From positions 3,043 through 67,042 of the forward strand of contig JAJTYH010000003.1 in NCBI GenBank assembly GCA_021463465.1: a DNA stretch of 64,000 bases, in the 5' to 3' direction. The notes beneath the pieces are model-generated. The model saw only the letters and a list, made by a program, of their open reading frames with translations, did no database searches and had not been told where the DNA came from. The position numbers and the translations under genes were made by a program. The stretch comes from a bacterium (GTDB taxonomy: Bacteria > Patescibacteriota > Dojkabacteria > SC72). This document shows, piece after piece, positions 1 to 10,926 of the stretch. Each line of letters starts with the position of its first letter. Position 1 is the stretch's first letter.

Positions 1-2108
1 ACCTTATCGAGGAAATTCATAGTTTCCATAAATTTGGCTACAACTGTATTATATTGAAACCTCTCTAAGGCTGTTTTCGAGAATATATTTACCTTGTTTA
101 GAAAATGAGTTACTTCAGGAGATCCGTCTTCCTTAAACTTCTTCGAATTGTCAGCTACAAAGGAATAAACTCTCGATACAAAGCGCTTAACCCCATTAAG
201 TGCGCTTTCATTCCAAGCCATTGTAGAGTCAAAAGGCCCAATGAACATAAGGTATGCCCTAGCTACATCGGAACCTACTTTGGCTGTTACATCACCAGGA
301 ACAATTACATTTCCACGAGTTTTACTCATCCTTCGATTATCCGAACCCAAAATAACCCCGTGAGATACACGTTGATAGTACGGCTCAGGAGTAGTAACCG
401 CTTTCTGGTCATAAAGAAACTGATGAATAAACCTAGAGTAAAGCAGATGCAGGGTATTATGCTCATCACCACCAATATAAGTATCCACTGGCAACCAGTA
501 ACTCTGTTTGCTAAGGTCGGCAATAAACTCCTTGTTTAAAGGGTCTACATATCTAACAAAGTACCAGTCGCTCCCCGCCCAGTTAGGCATGGTATCCGTT
601 TCTCGCTTTGCAGGACCTTTACATACAGGACATATAGTATTCACCCATTCTTGCATATTCGCCAATGGACTCTCCCCTGTTTCAGTAGGTTCGTAACGCT
701 CTACCTCTGGCAATTTGATGGGCAAATCAGATTTCTTTACAGGAACCCAGCCGCACTTCTCACACTTAATCATAGGAATAGGTTCGCCCCAGTAATGTTG
801 ACGGCTAAAAATCCAATCTCTTAGGTGATACCTAACCGTTTTAGTGCCCCAACCCTGCTTTTCTATATAATCCATCATGAGTTTTGTAGCTTCATTAATC
901 TCTTTACCATCTAAGAAGCCCGAATTAATCATTACTCCAGACTCCTCCTGTACCTGTTTCTTATCAGTTATTTCTGATTGATCCCCGTCCTTGCCCACTA
1001 CAACCCTCAGAATTTCAAGTCCAAACTGCTTAGCGAACTCGAAATCACGAATATCATGACCCGGAACTCCGACTACAGCGCCTGTACCCACACTGCCCAA
1101 TACAAAATCCGTAATCCAAATAGGCATAGGCTTCTTAGTCAAGTGATTAATCGCGTATATACCAGTAAAGACACCTGTCTTTTCACCTTCAGAAACTTCT
1201 TTCTGACGTTCCAACTCAGATTTATCCAAAGTTGCTTTTACATACTTTTGTATTTCATCCAAATCCTGATTTGTCTTAATCTTTCCTTTAATTAGCTTTC
1301 CAACCAAAGGGTGTTCAGCAGCCAAAACAATAAAGGTGGCTCCGAAATTCGTGTCTGGGCGAGTTGTAGCCACTGTTACAGTCTCATCAGTACCTTGAAT
1401 AGGATAAGTGATATCAATCCACTCCTTCTTATCTATCCAGTTGATCTGAGCGGCCTTAACTTTTTCTATAAATGCAGTGTCTTTCAAACCATCAATCAAT
1501 CGATCAGCATAAGCTGTAATCTTTACAATCCACTGACTAATATTTCGCTTACTTGTTTTAGTACCACATCGTTCACAGTTACCATTTACAACCTCTTCAT
1601 CTGCTAACCCAATCTTACAAGAAGGACACCAGTTAATAGGTCGTTCTTCTTTGTAGGCTAAACCTTGTTCAAAGAGTTTAATGAAAATCAACTGAGTCCA
1701 TTTGTAGTAGTTCGGATCTGTTGTATTTACCTCTCGACTCCAGTCAAATGAAAAGCCTAAACTTTTCATCTCTTCCCTGAAGCTGTCCGTATTCTCTTTG
1801 GTTACATCCTGAGGTTTACGCTTCACCTTAATAGCATAGTTTTCTGTAGGTAAACCGAAAGCATCCCAACCCATTGGGAACAACACGTTATACCCTTGCA
1901 TACGCATAAATCGAGCGTAAACGTCACCACCTGTAAATGAAAAAGCGTGACCTACATGTAGCCCGCTACCACTTGGATATGGAAATTCAACAAGCACATA
2001 CTTCTTTTTCCGCCCCTTATCGTTATCGACCGCCTTATACAAATCACCTTCAAACCACTTATCTCGCCACTTCTCTTCTACTTTTTTGAAATCAAATATT
2101 TTTTTCAT
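1..2108 (-). CDS. leuS: Leucyl-tRNA synthetase, partial (C-terminus lies beyond window start). The ATG is at 2106-2108.
   Basis: Manual minus-strand translation from 2108 is open to position 1. It reads MKKIFDFKKVEEKWRDKWFEG...PYPSGSGLHVGHAFS (HIGH motif), the LeuRS editing-domain region, and RMSKTRGN (KMSKS-like). The ORF track omits it because there is no in-window stop. Confidence 0.9.
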   Translation of the reverse strand, partial: MKKIFDFKKVEEKWRDKWFEGDLYKAVDNDKGRKKKYVLVEFPYPSGSGLHVGHAFSFTGGDVYARFMRMQGYNVLFPMGWDAFGLPTENYAIKVKRKPQDVTKENTDSFREEMKSLGFSFDWSREVNTTDPNYYKWTQLIFIKLFEQGLAYKEERPINWCPSCKIGLADEEVVNGNCERCGTKTSKRNISQWIVKITAYADRLIDGLKDTAFIEKVKAAQINWIDKKEWIDITYPIQGTDETVTVATTRPDTNFGATFIVLAAEHPLVGKLIKGKIKTNQDLDEIQKYVKATLDKSELERQKEVSEGEKTGVFTGIYAINHLTKKPMPIWITDFVLGSVGTGAVVGVPGHDIRDFEFAKQFGLEILRVVVGKDGDQSEITDKKQVQEESGVMINSGFLDGKEINEATKLMMDYIEKQGWGTKTVRYHLRDWIFSRQHYWGEPIPMIKCEKCGWVPVKKSDLPIKLPEVERYEPTETGESPLANMQEWVNTICPVCKGPAKRETDTMPNWAGSDWYFVRYVDPLNKEFIADLSKQSYWLPVDTYIGGDEHNTLHLLYSRFIHQFLYDQKAVTTPEPYYQRVSHGVILGSDNRRMSKTRGNVIVPGDVTAKVGSDVARAYLMFIGPFDSTMAWNESALNGVKRFVSRVYSFVADNSKKFKEDGSPEVTHFLNKVNIFSKTALERFQYNTVVAKFMETMNFLDK

Positions 2109-2312
2109 AAAGACATTAATCAATTTAAACTGAAATTGGTTTTAATACAAAAGTTGATCCCCTAAGGGAGGAGGAGTTTTAATGTCTTAGTTGTGTAGAC
2201 AGAAGATTTTTGCATTTACGGGATTATAGCTCAAAGAAAGGAGAAAATAAATAAAAGCGATATCCCTAATTCTTTGATTTCGTCGAGCAGTGAAGATAAA
2301 ACGATTTATCAT

Positions 2313-2389
2313 TGGTGGACCTGGTGGGATTTGAACCCACTACCCCTTCTATGCCATAGAAGTGCTCTAGCCAAGTGAGCTACAGGCCC
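2313..2389 (-). tRNA. tRNA-Ala (anticodon GGC), CCA encoded
   Basis: The reverse complement folds as a cloverleaf with a G3:U70 acceptor pair, anticodon loop aUGGCau, T-loop TTCAAAT, and 3' CCA. Confidence 0.85.
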
Positions 2390-2407
2390 TAAACTATGTT
2401 GTACTCA

Positions 2408-2480
2408 TGGACTCAGCCGGAGTCGAACCGGCGACCTTCGCAATGCGAATGCGACGTTCTACCAACTGAACTATGAGCCC
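2408..2480 (-). tRNA. tRNA-Ala (anticodon CGC), no encoded CCA
   Basis: Cloverleaf with G3:U70, anticodon stem tcgca/tgcga, loop ttCGCat, T-arm gccgg/ccggc. Confidence 0.8.
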
Positions 2481-2509
2481 AACTTCCGCGATTATACCAC
2501 TGCTAAATA

Positions 2510-3934
2510 CTAATACCAACAATAACTAGCGTGTGAAGAAGTTGAGGAGGACTTGAAATACGGAGATGGGTTAACATCGTTCCAACTATCCCATCTACCC
2601 CTAATTAGCATCATGTGTACATGCGTACCTGTGGCATAACCAGTACGGCCCATCTTCCCAATAACCTGGCCACCTGACACTGTTGAGCCACTTCCTACAT
2701 ATATATCGTCCAGATGTCCGTAAATAGTTGAGTACCCATTACCGTGATCAATTGCAACTGTCCAAGCTAAACCAGTCCCTCCCCACGAACCTATGCCCCT
2801 TGGAGGGCAGTTACCACTTTGACATCCTGCAAACACAACCTTACCTGGAGCCGACGCAACAATTTTAGGATAACTACCATTAGTATCTCTAATATCCATA
2901 CCATTATGATACCCATTCCAACATTGGCTTACACCCCCCTGTCCACCCGAGACTGGCCAATTAAGGAATCTATTCGCTGAAGATACTTTAATAGAGCCCT
3001 TTGTAAATGTTACTGGAGGTCTAAACACTCCAGAGTAGATAACCTTAGGAGGTGATTTAATTACAGGTTTTTCTATTGGGGTAGCACCAGGGATAAGGAT
3101 AGTTTCGCCAGATTGAAGCTCATATGGATACTCTTTCAGATTCTTCTCTGCAATAAGCTGTGGGTTAATCTTGTACTTTTTTCCAAGCGTATAGACTGTA
3201 TCACCCTTTTTTGCTTTTACAACAACACCATTGTAAGGAGGAACATTTAATACGTCGCCTGGACGAATTACATCATCTTGAATAAATGGGTTTGCCCATA
3301 AAAGAGTATCAGTTGATATGTCATTGTTCTCAGCTATTTTAAATAGTGTATCACCAGGTTTAACTGTATAATTTAAGAACTCTGTCCTACCTCTTTCCTT
3401 AGGTGAAGGAGTTGTACTTGTCCCCCTTTGTACTAACCTATCTTCTCTGTTTAATGTCGTCGTACCTTGTGCAAATATACTCGTATATCTAACGCCAGAA
3501 ACTGGAGATGACGACTTATAAGCGTAGCCCATAAGAAAGACTAGGAATATAACGAGTACAATAAAATGTAATGAGAATTTGAAGATTCCTCCTCTACCCC
3601 AAAATAGATTTCTAACAAAAAACTTTCTAAAACCCTCTGTATACTGATTTATAAGCTCACCTAACACTCCAACCAATACCAACGCAACTCTCAATCGTAA
3701 TGCAGTGTATGAAAAAAAATCTAGAAAGAACAGTACAATGGCGCTTCCCTTGTATTTCTTCTTAGCATAAGCTACCTGCTGGTTAATTTTTAATCTCCAT
3801 CTAAGGAAGATTGATGTGTCAGAGTAATTAAATGAAAGAGACTCATCTTTAGCAATATCACTATCTTCAACAGAGTCCAGGAGTCGTTTGATACTACGTT
3901 TTGCGATATTTTGTATTGAAGGTTCACCCTTCAT
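2510..3934 (-). CDS. Membrane-anchored LysM-repeat / M23 (LytM-type) peptidoglycan endopeptidase
   Basis: 474 aa with an N-terminal TM segment and two LysM-like segments (YTVKPGDTLFKIA..., YTLGKKYKINPQLIAEKN). The C-terminus has M23 motifs (GIGSWGGTGLAWTVAIDHGNGYSTIYGHL and GTHVHMM). Confidence 0.8.
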   Translation of the reverse strand: MKGEPSIQNIAKRSIKRLLDSVEDSDIAKDESLSFNYSDTSIFLRWRLKINQQVAYAKKKYKGSAIVLFFLDFFSYTALRLRVALVLVGVLGELINQYTEGFRKFFVRNLFWGRGGIFKFSLHFIVLVIFLVFLMGYAYKSSSPVSGVRYTSIFAQGTTTLNREDRLVQRGTSTTPSPKERGRTEFLNYTVKPGDTLFKIAENNDISTDTLLWANPFIQDDVIRPGDVLNVPPYNGVVVKAKKGDTVYTLGKKYKINPQLIAEKNLKEYPYELQSGETILIPGATPIEKPVIKSPPKVIYSGVFRPPVTFTKGSIKVSSANRFLNWPVSGGQGGVSQCWNGYHNGMDIRDTNGSYPKIVASAPGKVVFAGCQSGNCPPRGIGSWGGTGLAWTVAIDHGNGYSTIYGHLDDIYVGSGSTVSGGQVIGKMGRTGYATGTHVHMMLIRGRWDSWNDVNPSPYFKSSSTSSHASYCWY

Positions 3935-3954
3935 AGTCTTTGATTATACCAGAA

Positions 3955-5211
3955 TTAAGCCTCGTGCAACTTGGCTAAGAATTCCACATTATTTTTGGTC
4001 TTCTTCATTCTGGAAACAAGCACTTCAGTTGGCTCTTCATTGTTATCTAAAACCTCAAGCATACGCCTAATTCTCCATGATTGGTTTAGTACTTCCTTAC
4101 CGAGCAAGAACTCTTCATTTCGAGTTCCGGAATTAATAACATCGATTGCGGGATAGATTCTACGGTTAGAAAGATTTCTGTCTAAATGCAATTCCATGTT
4201 ACCTGTACCTTTGAATTCTTCATAAACCAAGTCATCCATCTTGGAACCTGTATTCACAAGTGCAGTAGCCACAATGGTTAAACTACCGCCATTCTCAAAA
4301 TTTCGAGCAGCACCAAAGAATCTCTTTGGAGGATAAAGGGCCACTGGATCAAATCCACCTGATAGAGTCTTACCTGATGTAGGCATAGTAATGTTATAAG
4401 CACGAGCCAAACGCGTAACGCTATCCATAAGGATAACTACATCTTCACCCCACTCAACCATTCGCTTAGCTTTTTCAAGCGCCATTTCGGCAACCTTACA
4501 GTTATACTCTGGCATCTCGTCAAAGTTAGAGGCAAAGACTTCACCTTTAACACTTCGCTGCATGTCCGTGACCTCTTCGGGTCTCTCACCCACTAACACT
4601 ACAATCAATTTAGCCTCGGGATGATTCTTCGTAATACCAGCAGCGATATCTTTAAGTAACCACGTCTTACCTGATTTAGGAGGCGAAACAATCATAGATC
4701 GCTGACCAAAACCGATAGGACTAAGTAAATCGATTACTCTGGTAGAGATAATATCGCTTTCAGTCTCAAGTTTAATCTGTTTGTTTGGAAAGATTGGAGT
4801 TAACTTATGGAAGAAAGGTCTTGCAGCAGCTTCAGCAGCTGGCCTACCGTAAACGGTATCAACCCTGAGCAAACTCAAATACTTTTCTTTATCCTTTGGA
4901 AGCCTTGCAGGACCAGCAACTACATCTCCTGGTCTTAAGCTAAACTTTTTAATCTGTGAACCGGAAATATATACATCGTTTTCCCCTTGTAATGGACCAT
5001 CGGTTCTCAAAACACCATGTGAACCATCGTTCATCACTTCAAGAAGCCCCTCAACAAAGATAAAGCCTTCTTTTTCAGTAGAAAGCTTTAATATTTCAAT
5101 AATCAAATCTCTCTTGGGTAATTCCATGAAATCTTGCATGCCAATTTCTTTGGCTTTGGTGCGCAACTGAGCCAGCGTTTGCTGCTCCAAATCTTTTATT
5201 GATACGTCCAT
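3955..5211 (-). CDS. rho: Transcription termination factor Rho
   Basis: 418 aa with an N-terminal Rho_N-like region ([10 protein letters not shown]), a cold-shock-like RNA-binding domain, and an ATPase with Walker A GKT and the RecA-like core of Rho. Confidence 0.9.
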   Translation of the reverse strand: MDVSIKDLEQQTLAQLRTKAKEIGMQDFMELPKRDLIIEILKLSTEKEGFIFVEGLLEVMNDGSHGVLRTDGPLQGENDVYISGSQIKKFSLRPGDVVAGPARLPKDKEKYLSLLRVDTVYGRPAAEAAARPFFHKLTPIFPNKQIKLETESDIISTRVIDLLSPIGFGQRSMIVSPPKSGKTWLLKDIAAGITKNHPEAKLIVVLVGERPEEVTDMQRSVKGEVFASNFDEMPEYNCKVAEMALEKAKRMVEWGEDVVILMDSVTRLARAYNITMPTSGKTLSGGFDPVALYPPKRFFGAARNFENGGSLTIVATALVNTGSKMDDLVYEEFKGTGNMELHLDRNLSNRRIYPAIDVINSGTRNEEFLLGKEVLNQSWRIRRMLEVLDNNEEPTEVLVSRMKKTKNNVEFLAKLHEA

Positions 5212-5724
5212 AATGGGAAAAAATAAATAATGAAAATAAAGATAATGGGTTCGACAGGTAAAGTATATGTAACAGAAAAATTAATGTCAAACTTGAGAAT
5301 AAAAGGGTGGGATCGGTACTGCCCCGACCGACCCCGATCTCTTAGTACAGAGAGTACAAACAAATCGGCGTGCAATAGTATTGCATCCACAATCCCCTTT
5401 TCCGAGGGCCCAGTAAATGGGTTTACCAAACCAAACCCTGGGAAAAAGAGACTATTTTCTTTATGAATTTTTCCTGTTGCCCAGCAGTGTTTAGCACCCC
5501 AGACAAAGGGAGAAATCCACAAAGATTTACACGCCTTTTGAAAGATCTATTCGAAGTATATCCCAGTTAAGGTATATTGTCAACCTATAAGAATAGTCCT
5601 TAAGCAGACCTTCCTGTTTAAAGCCGTGCTCGTGGGCTAAGTTCCTTGGTACTACCGCATATGTTACGATTACAATAAGGCAGCGTTATTGTTACGAAAA
5701 GTGTGGAAACATGGACGCAAAAAT
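5212..5724 (-). promoter_or_regulatory. Long noncoding region upstream of rho (putative rho leader/promoter; possible structured RNA)
   Basis: A 513 bp stretch with no credible ORF lies between radA and rho. rho genes commonly carry long autoregulatory leaders. The GC-rich hairpin gatcgg...ccgatc sits at about 5306-5340. Confidence 0.3.
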
Positions 5725-7023
5725 TTATAACTGCTTTATATTCGTTGAACCTGACATGCCCGAAACAAGCTTGTAGCCGAGTCTTTTAGCCTCTTTGGCT
5801 ACTGTTTTGTATGTGCCCCCTCGCCTTATTTCACCAGTCAACCCTACTTCCCCGAAATACACAGACTTAGAGCTTAACGTTTCATCTCTGGATGCCGACT
5901 TGATCGCCATGCATAGAGCAAGGTCTAAAGAAGGATCGCCGACCTCCACACCTCCGACAACATTTACAAACACATCTTTGTCGCCTAAATAAACGCCGCC
6001 TCTACGCGACAACACCGCACATAACATATCCAATCTTTGCTTCCTAACGCCATTAGCCACGCGCCTTAAAGGGCCGAATTCACTTCCCCTATCAACCACT
6101 AACGCTTGAACCTCTACAAATACCACCCTAGATCCCTTTAATATAGAGCCAATCGCTGTACCTTCCCCCCAGTTCTCATCATCTAAAAAGGCTTGGGAAG
6201 GATTTTCAACCTGAACCATACCCTCTGAACTCATTTCGAATACTCCTATTTCATCTGTCGCTCCAAACCTATTCTTCCCAGCCCTAAGTATCCTAAACTG
6301 CGAATATTCACCTCCTTCAAAAAACATTACAGAATCAACAATATGCTCCAATACTTTAGGGCCAGCAACGCTACCCTCTTTTGTAATCTGACCGATAACA
6401 AAAACTGCGGCATTATAAAACTTAGCTATACGTGTTAACTTCGCACCGCAAACCCTTACCTGACCTATACTTCCAGCATAACTCCTTACGGTTTCAGAGG
6501 AGAGCGACTGTACGGAATCAACTATCACCAAATCAGGCATTTCCGCTTCTACCAAAGCATCTATAGCTTCCACTACAACATCTTCAGAAACTAATAAGTT
6601 ACTATAGGAGTTTGCTTTTGATATACGTTTTATCCTAGAGTAAATTTGGCTAGCTGACTCCTCTCCTGAGATGTAAAGAACCTTTTTAGTTTGTGATAGA
6701 TTGACCGCAATCTGAGATAAAAGCGTTGATTTACCTATACCAGGTTCACCCGCAATTAAAGTTATACTGCCAGGTACAATTCCACCTCCCAAAACTCTGT
6801 CAAACTCAGTAAAACCACTAAGTAGCCTTGCAGATGGAGCATTAGACTTTCTGCTTATTTCATTGAATTTATAAGCCTTACCAACGTATTCTTTCTTTTT
6901 ACTTTTGCCTTCAGCTTTCGAATCTTCTACAGCCTCCTGAAGACTATCCCACTCACCACAAGCAGAGCACCTTCCTGACCATTTTAAATACTCAGCATTA
7001 CAGTTAGTACAAAAGTATTTCAT
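5725..7023 (-). CDS. radA: DNA repair protein RadA/Sms
   Basis: 432 aa with an N-terminal C4 zinc finger (CTNCNAEYLKWSGRCSACGEW), a RecA-like ATPase (GEPGIGKST) and a C-terminal Lon-like domain. Confidence 0.9.
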   Translation of the reverse strand: MKYFCTNCNAEYLKWSGRCSACGEWDSLQEAVEDSKAEGKSKKKEYVGKAYKFNEISRKSNAPSARLLSGFTEFDRVLGGGIVPGSITLIAGEPGIGKSTLLSQIAVNLSQTKKVLYISGEESASQIYSRIKRISKANSYSNLLVSEDVVVEAIDALVEAEMPDLVIVDSVQSLSSETVRSYAGSIGQVRVCGAKLTRIAKFYNAAVFVIGQITKEGSVAGPKVLEHIVDSVMFFEGGEYSQFRILRAGKNRFGATDEIGVFEMSSEGMVQVENPSQAFLDDENWGEGTAIGSILKGSRVVFVEVQALVVDRGSEFGPLRRVANGVRKQRLDMLCAVLSRRGGVYLGDKDVFVNVVGGVEVGDPSLDLALCMAIKSASRDETLSSKSVYFGEVGLTGEIRRGGTYKTVAKEAKRLGYKLVSGMSGSTNIKQL

Positions 7024-9506
7024 TTCGCTATATATATCTCAGAGTTTTTGATATCTAAAACAACTTCTTTAAGCTTCTTATCACCCTCGTTTTCAGGATT
7101 TTCAAGGATATGGTTAGCAAGTACACTTTCAACACTATCCTGAAGCATACGGCGCAATGGCCTTGCTCCATATTCATCACTAAACCCTTCCCTGACCAAG
7201 TGCTCTTTAACTTTATCCTTAATCAGGACCTTAAAACCAACACTCTTCAATCTCTTATTTAGCTGCGAAATAAGTAGATCTACGATTTTTTTAGCATCTG
7301 ATTTTGTTAAGGAACGGAAAATGACAATATCGTCTAACCGATTAATCAATTCTGGCCGTAAAGTCTCCTTCAGTCTCTTAACTAGCTGGTCTCTCATACT
7401 CTCATAAGCGCCCTCAGTCTTACTATCAGTCCTATTATCACTCTCTCCTCGATCTGCAACAAATCCTAAAACTTTATCTCTTCTTATATCTTCAGCACCA
7501 ATGTTGGAAGTAAGTACTACTACGGTATTCTTAAAGTCTACACGTCGCCCTTTCCCATCAGTTAGATGGCCGTACTCTAAAATCTGTAGCAGAATATTAA
7601 GTACATCATTATGAGCTTTTTCTATTTCATCAAACAAAACTACCGAATGTGGATGCTGACGAATCTTCTCAGTTAATTGACCACCTTCGCGATACCCAAT
7701 ATAGCCAGGGGGTGAGCCAATAAGCTTGGATACACTATGCATCTCCATAAGCTCACTCATATCAATTTGTACCAGCCTATCCTCATTTCCAAAAAGTTCC
7801 TCGGTAAGAGCCTTTGCAAGCTCCGTCTTACCTACCCCAGTTGGACCCAGAAACAAGAAAGATGCCCATGGCCTATCCTCGTCTGATATCCCTGTTCTGG
7901 CTCTCTTAATAGCATTGGACACGACATCTACAGCTTCATTTTGTCCAACAACTCTCCTATTAAGTGACTTATTTATGTTTATCAGCCCGGATCTCTCATC
8001 ATTACCTAAGGTAGTAATCGGGATACCAGTCCACTTTGAGACAACCTTTCTAACAGTAGAAATATCTACCTCATACTCTTTACTTTTAGCAACTTCTAAC
8101 CTCTTTTTCTCGAACTTATCAATCTCAGATTTGAGCTTGTGCTCTTTTGACTTAAGGACCTGAGCCTCTTCCATAAGATCCTTTTTAATAGCTGATACCT
8201 TCTCTACTTGAACTGTCCTTAGCTCACTTAAAAGATCAGAAATACCTCCGTATTCAGCCTCAGCCTCAAGCTTCATAGTAGCTGCGGCCTCATCAAGTAG
8301 GTCGATTGCCTTATCAGGTAGAAATCTTTCACTGACATATCTATCTGATAATTTAACTGAACCTTCTAGGGCTTCTTTGCTAATCCTTACACCGTGGTGA
8401 GTTTCAAGAATTGGTTTAATCCGTTTTAGAATTTGAATCGTATCTAATACAGAGGTTTCCTCAACAAATACTGGCTGGAACCTTCTTACTAAAGCATTAT
8501 CCTCTTCAAAATACTGTCGGTACTCGTTACTCGTTGTTGCACCGATACATCTAAAATCATTACGAGTTAAAGCTGGTTTTAGTACCGCAACAATATCCGA
8601 AGGCATACCAGGAATTCCGCTGCTTAATATGTTATGAATTTCATCGATAAAAACAATAATGTCAGAGGAAGACGTCACTTCTTTAACTATAGCCATCATT
8701 TTCTCCTCCACATCCCCTCTCATTTTGCTTCCCGCCATGATACTTGAAATATCCAGAGCAATGATTCTAGATTCTTTTAAAGCTTGAGGTACGTTTCCAT
8801 CAGCAATTCGTTGGGACAAAGCTTCAATCAATGCTGTCTTACCTACTCCTGCCTCACCTACAATAATAGGATTATTCTTTTTTCTACGGCTTAGTACATT
8901 GATTATCTTTTCTATTTCAGTATCTCGGCCAATAACAGGATCAAGCTGACCTGCCTCTGCTTCCTTTACTAAATCCCTCCCAAATACGCTAAGTGCTGAC
9001 TGTTCCGGCATTATGGAAGGTACATTATCAGGCTTAGAAAGAATCCCCATAGGATAGGTAGCATAGTTAAACAATGCTTCTTCAAAAGCTTTGTAATCCA
9101 AACCCTTCTTACCCAGGTTTAATGTGAACTCATCTTGTTGCTTAAGTAGTGATAATAGTATATGTTCTGTTCCCACATATACATGCGAGAGCTTACTAGC
9201 TATTGAATACGCACCCCTAATTATCTTCTTGGTGGATTCTGATAAATTGAAATCTAACCGAGTCTTTGAATCTTTTTTAAACTCAAATTGCTTATCATTT
9301 ACTATATACTTTAAAATATCGCCCATATCTACTCCCATAGTATATAGCGTGCGAGTACCCAATGATGCCTTGTTGTGTATAATGCCTAAAAATATATGAA
9401 TAGGTTCAATCTCATGTGAGAACATCTGAATAGCTATTTCAGCCGCTAGATTGATCGACTGTCGAGCATTTTCACTTAGTTTTGTAAGAATGTTGCCTTT
9501 AGTCAT
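7020..9506 (-). CDS. ClpC/ClpB-family AAA+ chaperone (Clp ATPase)
   Basis: 828 aa with a Clp_N repeat domain and two AAA+ modules (GEAGVGKTA and GPTGVGKTE), separated by a coiled-coil middle domain. There is a 4-nt overlap with radA. Confidence 0.85.
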   Translation of the reverse strand: MTKGNILTKLSENARQSINLAAEIAIQMFSHEIEPIHIFLGIIHNKASLGTRTLYTMGVDMGDILKYIVNDKQFEFKKDSKTRLDFNLSESTKKIIRGAYSIASKLSHVYVGTEHILLSLLKQQDEFTLNLGKKGLDYKAFEEALFNYATYPMGILSKPDNVPSIMPEQSALSVFGRDLVKEAEAGQLDPVIGRDTEIEKIINVLSRRKKNNPIIVGEAGVGKTALIEALSQRIADGNVPQALKESRIIALDISSIMAGSKMRGDVEEKMMAIVKEVTSSSDIIVFIDEIHNILSSGIPGMPSDIVAVLKPALTRNDFRCIGATTSNEYRQYFEEDNALVRRFQPVFVEETSVLDTIQILKRIKPILETHHGVRISKEALEGSVKLSDRYVSERFLPDKAIDLLDEAAATMKLEAEAEYGGISDLLSELRTVQVEKVSAIKKDLMEEAQVLKSKEHKLKSEIDKFEKKRLEVAKSKEYEVDISTVRKVVSKWTGIPITTLGNDERSGLININKSLNRRVVGQNEAVDVVSNAIKRARTGISDEDRPWASFLFLGPTGVGKTELAKALTEELFGNEDRLVQIDMSELMEMHSVSKLIGSPPGYIGYREGGQLTEKIRQHPHSVVLFDEIEKAHNDVLNILLQILEYGHLTDGKGRRVDFKNTVVVLTSNIGAEDIRRDKVLGFVADRGESDNRTDSKTEGAYESMRDQLVKRLKETLRPELINRLDDIVIFRSLTKSDAKKIVDLLISQLNKRLKSVGFKVLIKDKVKEHLVREGFSDEYGARPLRRMLQDSVESVLANHILENPENEGDKKLKEVVLDIKNSEIYIAK

Positions 9507-9570
9507 AGCTGATGCTTACGCCATTAATTATACCATAGAGGTCAACAACGACTTCTTTAATAATTACAGA

Positions 9571-10833
9571 TTATTCTTTAGGAAGTTCCGCCTCAATCGC
9601 CTCTTCAACAGCTGCGGCCAACTCCTTTTTTGAAATCTTCTTAACTTTCTTTTCAGTCTGAACTGCTTTGATACTAAGTCCCAAATGACGTTCAGTTGAG
9701 CTGATTGAAAGAATCTTAACTTTAACTGGATCGCCTTCTTTAACTATATCTTCAGGGTTTTTAACCAACATATCTGACATTTCAGAAATGTGAATCAAAC
9801 CGTTAAGGCCTTCGCCCAGTCGGACAAATGCACCGTAAGGTACGACTCTTTGCACACTACCTTCAACCACATCACCAACCTTGAACTTAGAAATAGCTTC
9901 AGACCAAGGGTCTTTTTGTAGTCGCTTAATACTGTAAGCAACACGCTTACCACTATCAAACATCCCAATTACCATAACATCTACTGGATCCCCTACTTTA
10001 TAGATATTGCTAATGTCTTCAACCTTGTCCCATGAAAGCTCAGATAAATGAACTAAACCTTCCAGTCCAGCTGCGTTAACGAATACACCAAACGGCGCAA
10101 TACCACTGATATGACCTTTAAGGGTATCACCTTCCTTAACCTTCTTAAGGGTGTCTTCTCGCTGCTCAATATCTCGGGCCTGTGTGACCATTTTCTCGGA
10201 AAGGATAATCCTATTCTTCTCACGATCAAGCTCAATAATCTTAGTCTTAATCTTGGTACCAATAAGAGAAGTAAGTTTCTTTTGAACTTTCTCGTTAATA
10301 TCCTTACCAACTCTCCTTACCCCATCTGCATAAACGCGCGAGGCATCAAGCTGAGAAGTGGGGATAAATCCACGAATATCCTTGCCTAACTCTACTATAA
10401 GTCCACCGTTATTAGACTCAACAACAGTAGCGTCAACAACATCATTCTTTTTCTTTGCTTCATCCAATTTCAACCAGGTACCTGCCTGCTGAGTTCTTCT
10501 AACAGAAAGAATCAACTGACCTTCTTCATCTTCGGGCTTAACCACGTACACCAAAAGCTTATCTCCAACCTTTTGATCCAGAGGGTTAAATCCATCAGCC
10601 TTAAGTTCTCTCCCAGCAACAATACCTTCTGATTTGTAACCAACATCTACTACAATAATTCCAGGTCTAACATCAACAATAAGACCTTCTACAATATCTC
10701 CACGGTGGAGAATCTTAGGTTGATTAGCTGAATCTGAAATGAATTTCTGCAGTGCAGAATATAACTTCTTGTCGTCCATAATGATAAAAAATGGCCCAGA
10801 CTGGCGGAACAATCTAAAGGCGTACATCTTCAA
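9571..10833 (-). CDS. rpsA: 30S ribosomal protein S1 (four S1 domains)
   Basis: 420 aa containing repeated S1 RNA-binding domain signatures such as G..V.G.V......G.FV. Confidence 0.85.
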   Translation of the reverse strand: MKMYAFRLFRQSGPFFIIMDDKKLYSALQKFISDSANQPKILHRGDIVEGLIVDVRPGIIVVDVGYKSEGIVAGRELKADGFNPLDQKVGDKLLVYVVKPEDEEGQLILSVRRTQQAGTWLKLDEAKKKNDVVDATVVESNNGGLIVELGKDIRGFIPTSQLDASRVYADGVRRVGKDINEKVQKKLTSLIGTKIKTKIIELDREKNRIILSEKMVTQARDIEQREDTLKKVKEGDTLKGHISGIAPFGVFVNAAGLEGLVHLSELSWDKVEDISNIYKVGDPVDVMVIGMFDSGKRVAYSIKRLQKDPWSEAISKFKVGDVVEGSVQRVVPYGAFVRLGEGLNGLIHISEMSDMLVKNPEDIVKEGDPVKVKILSISSTERHLGLSIKAVQTEKKVKKISKKELAAAVEEAIEAELPKE

Positions 10834-10889
10834 AATATTATTTACCCGCGGTCAGAGTATACCACAAAGTCCCTACTGAGGAAATATTC

Positions 10890-10918
10890 TTGACTTAAAG
10901 GGTTTAATTGAGTAGTAT
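10890..10918 (+). promoter_or_regulatory. Sigma70-like promoter for greA (TTGACT-17-TAGTAT); transcript would be near-leaderless
   Basis: The -35 is at 10890-10895 and the -10 at 10913-10918, with a 17-nt spacer. The ATG is at 10927, only ~8 nt after the -10. Confidence 0.4.
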
Positions 10919-10926
10919 CTGGCTCC

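Noticed and set aside
105-1607. Short plus-strand ORFs 105-539, 508-696, 978-1295, 1311-1607
   Set aside because: They are antisense to the continuous leuS reading frame, which is open on the minus strand from 2108 to 1.
5247-5258. tmRNA-like 5' motif GGGTTCGACAGG in the rho-radA intergenic region
   Set aside because: No G-rich acceptor stem precedes it. No resume codon, tag ORF or ...LAA-stop follows. No T-arm/CCA 3' end occurs within 400 nt on either strand. The region is more plausibly the rho leader.
5196-5522. ORFs 5196-5522 (-), 5230-5466 (+), 5096-5290 (-) in the rho upstream region
   Set aside because: They are mutually overlapping and have no motifs. They overlap the rho start and sit in a probable leader region, so they were treated as noise.
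7726-8163. 145-aa plus-strand ORF inside clpC, and similar antisense ORFs. Examples: 9124-9399, 10111-10389, 20700-20936, 21405-21728, 25260-25790, 25822-26541, 42547-42870 and 46619-47050.
   Set aside because: All are embedded antisense within strongly supported minus-strand genes and have low-complexity translations.
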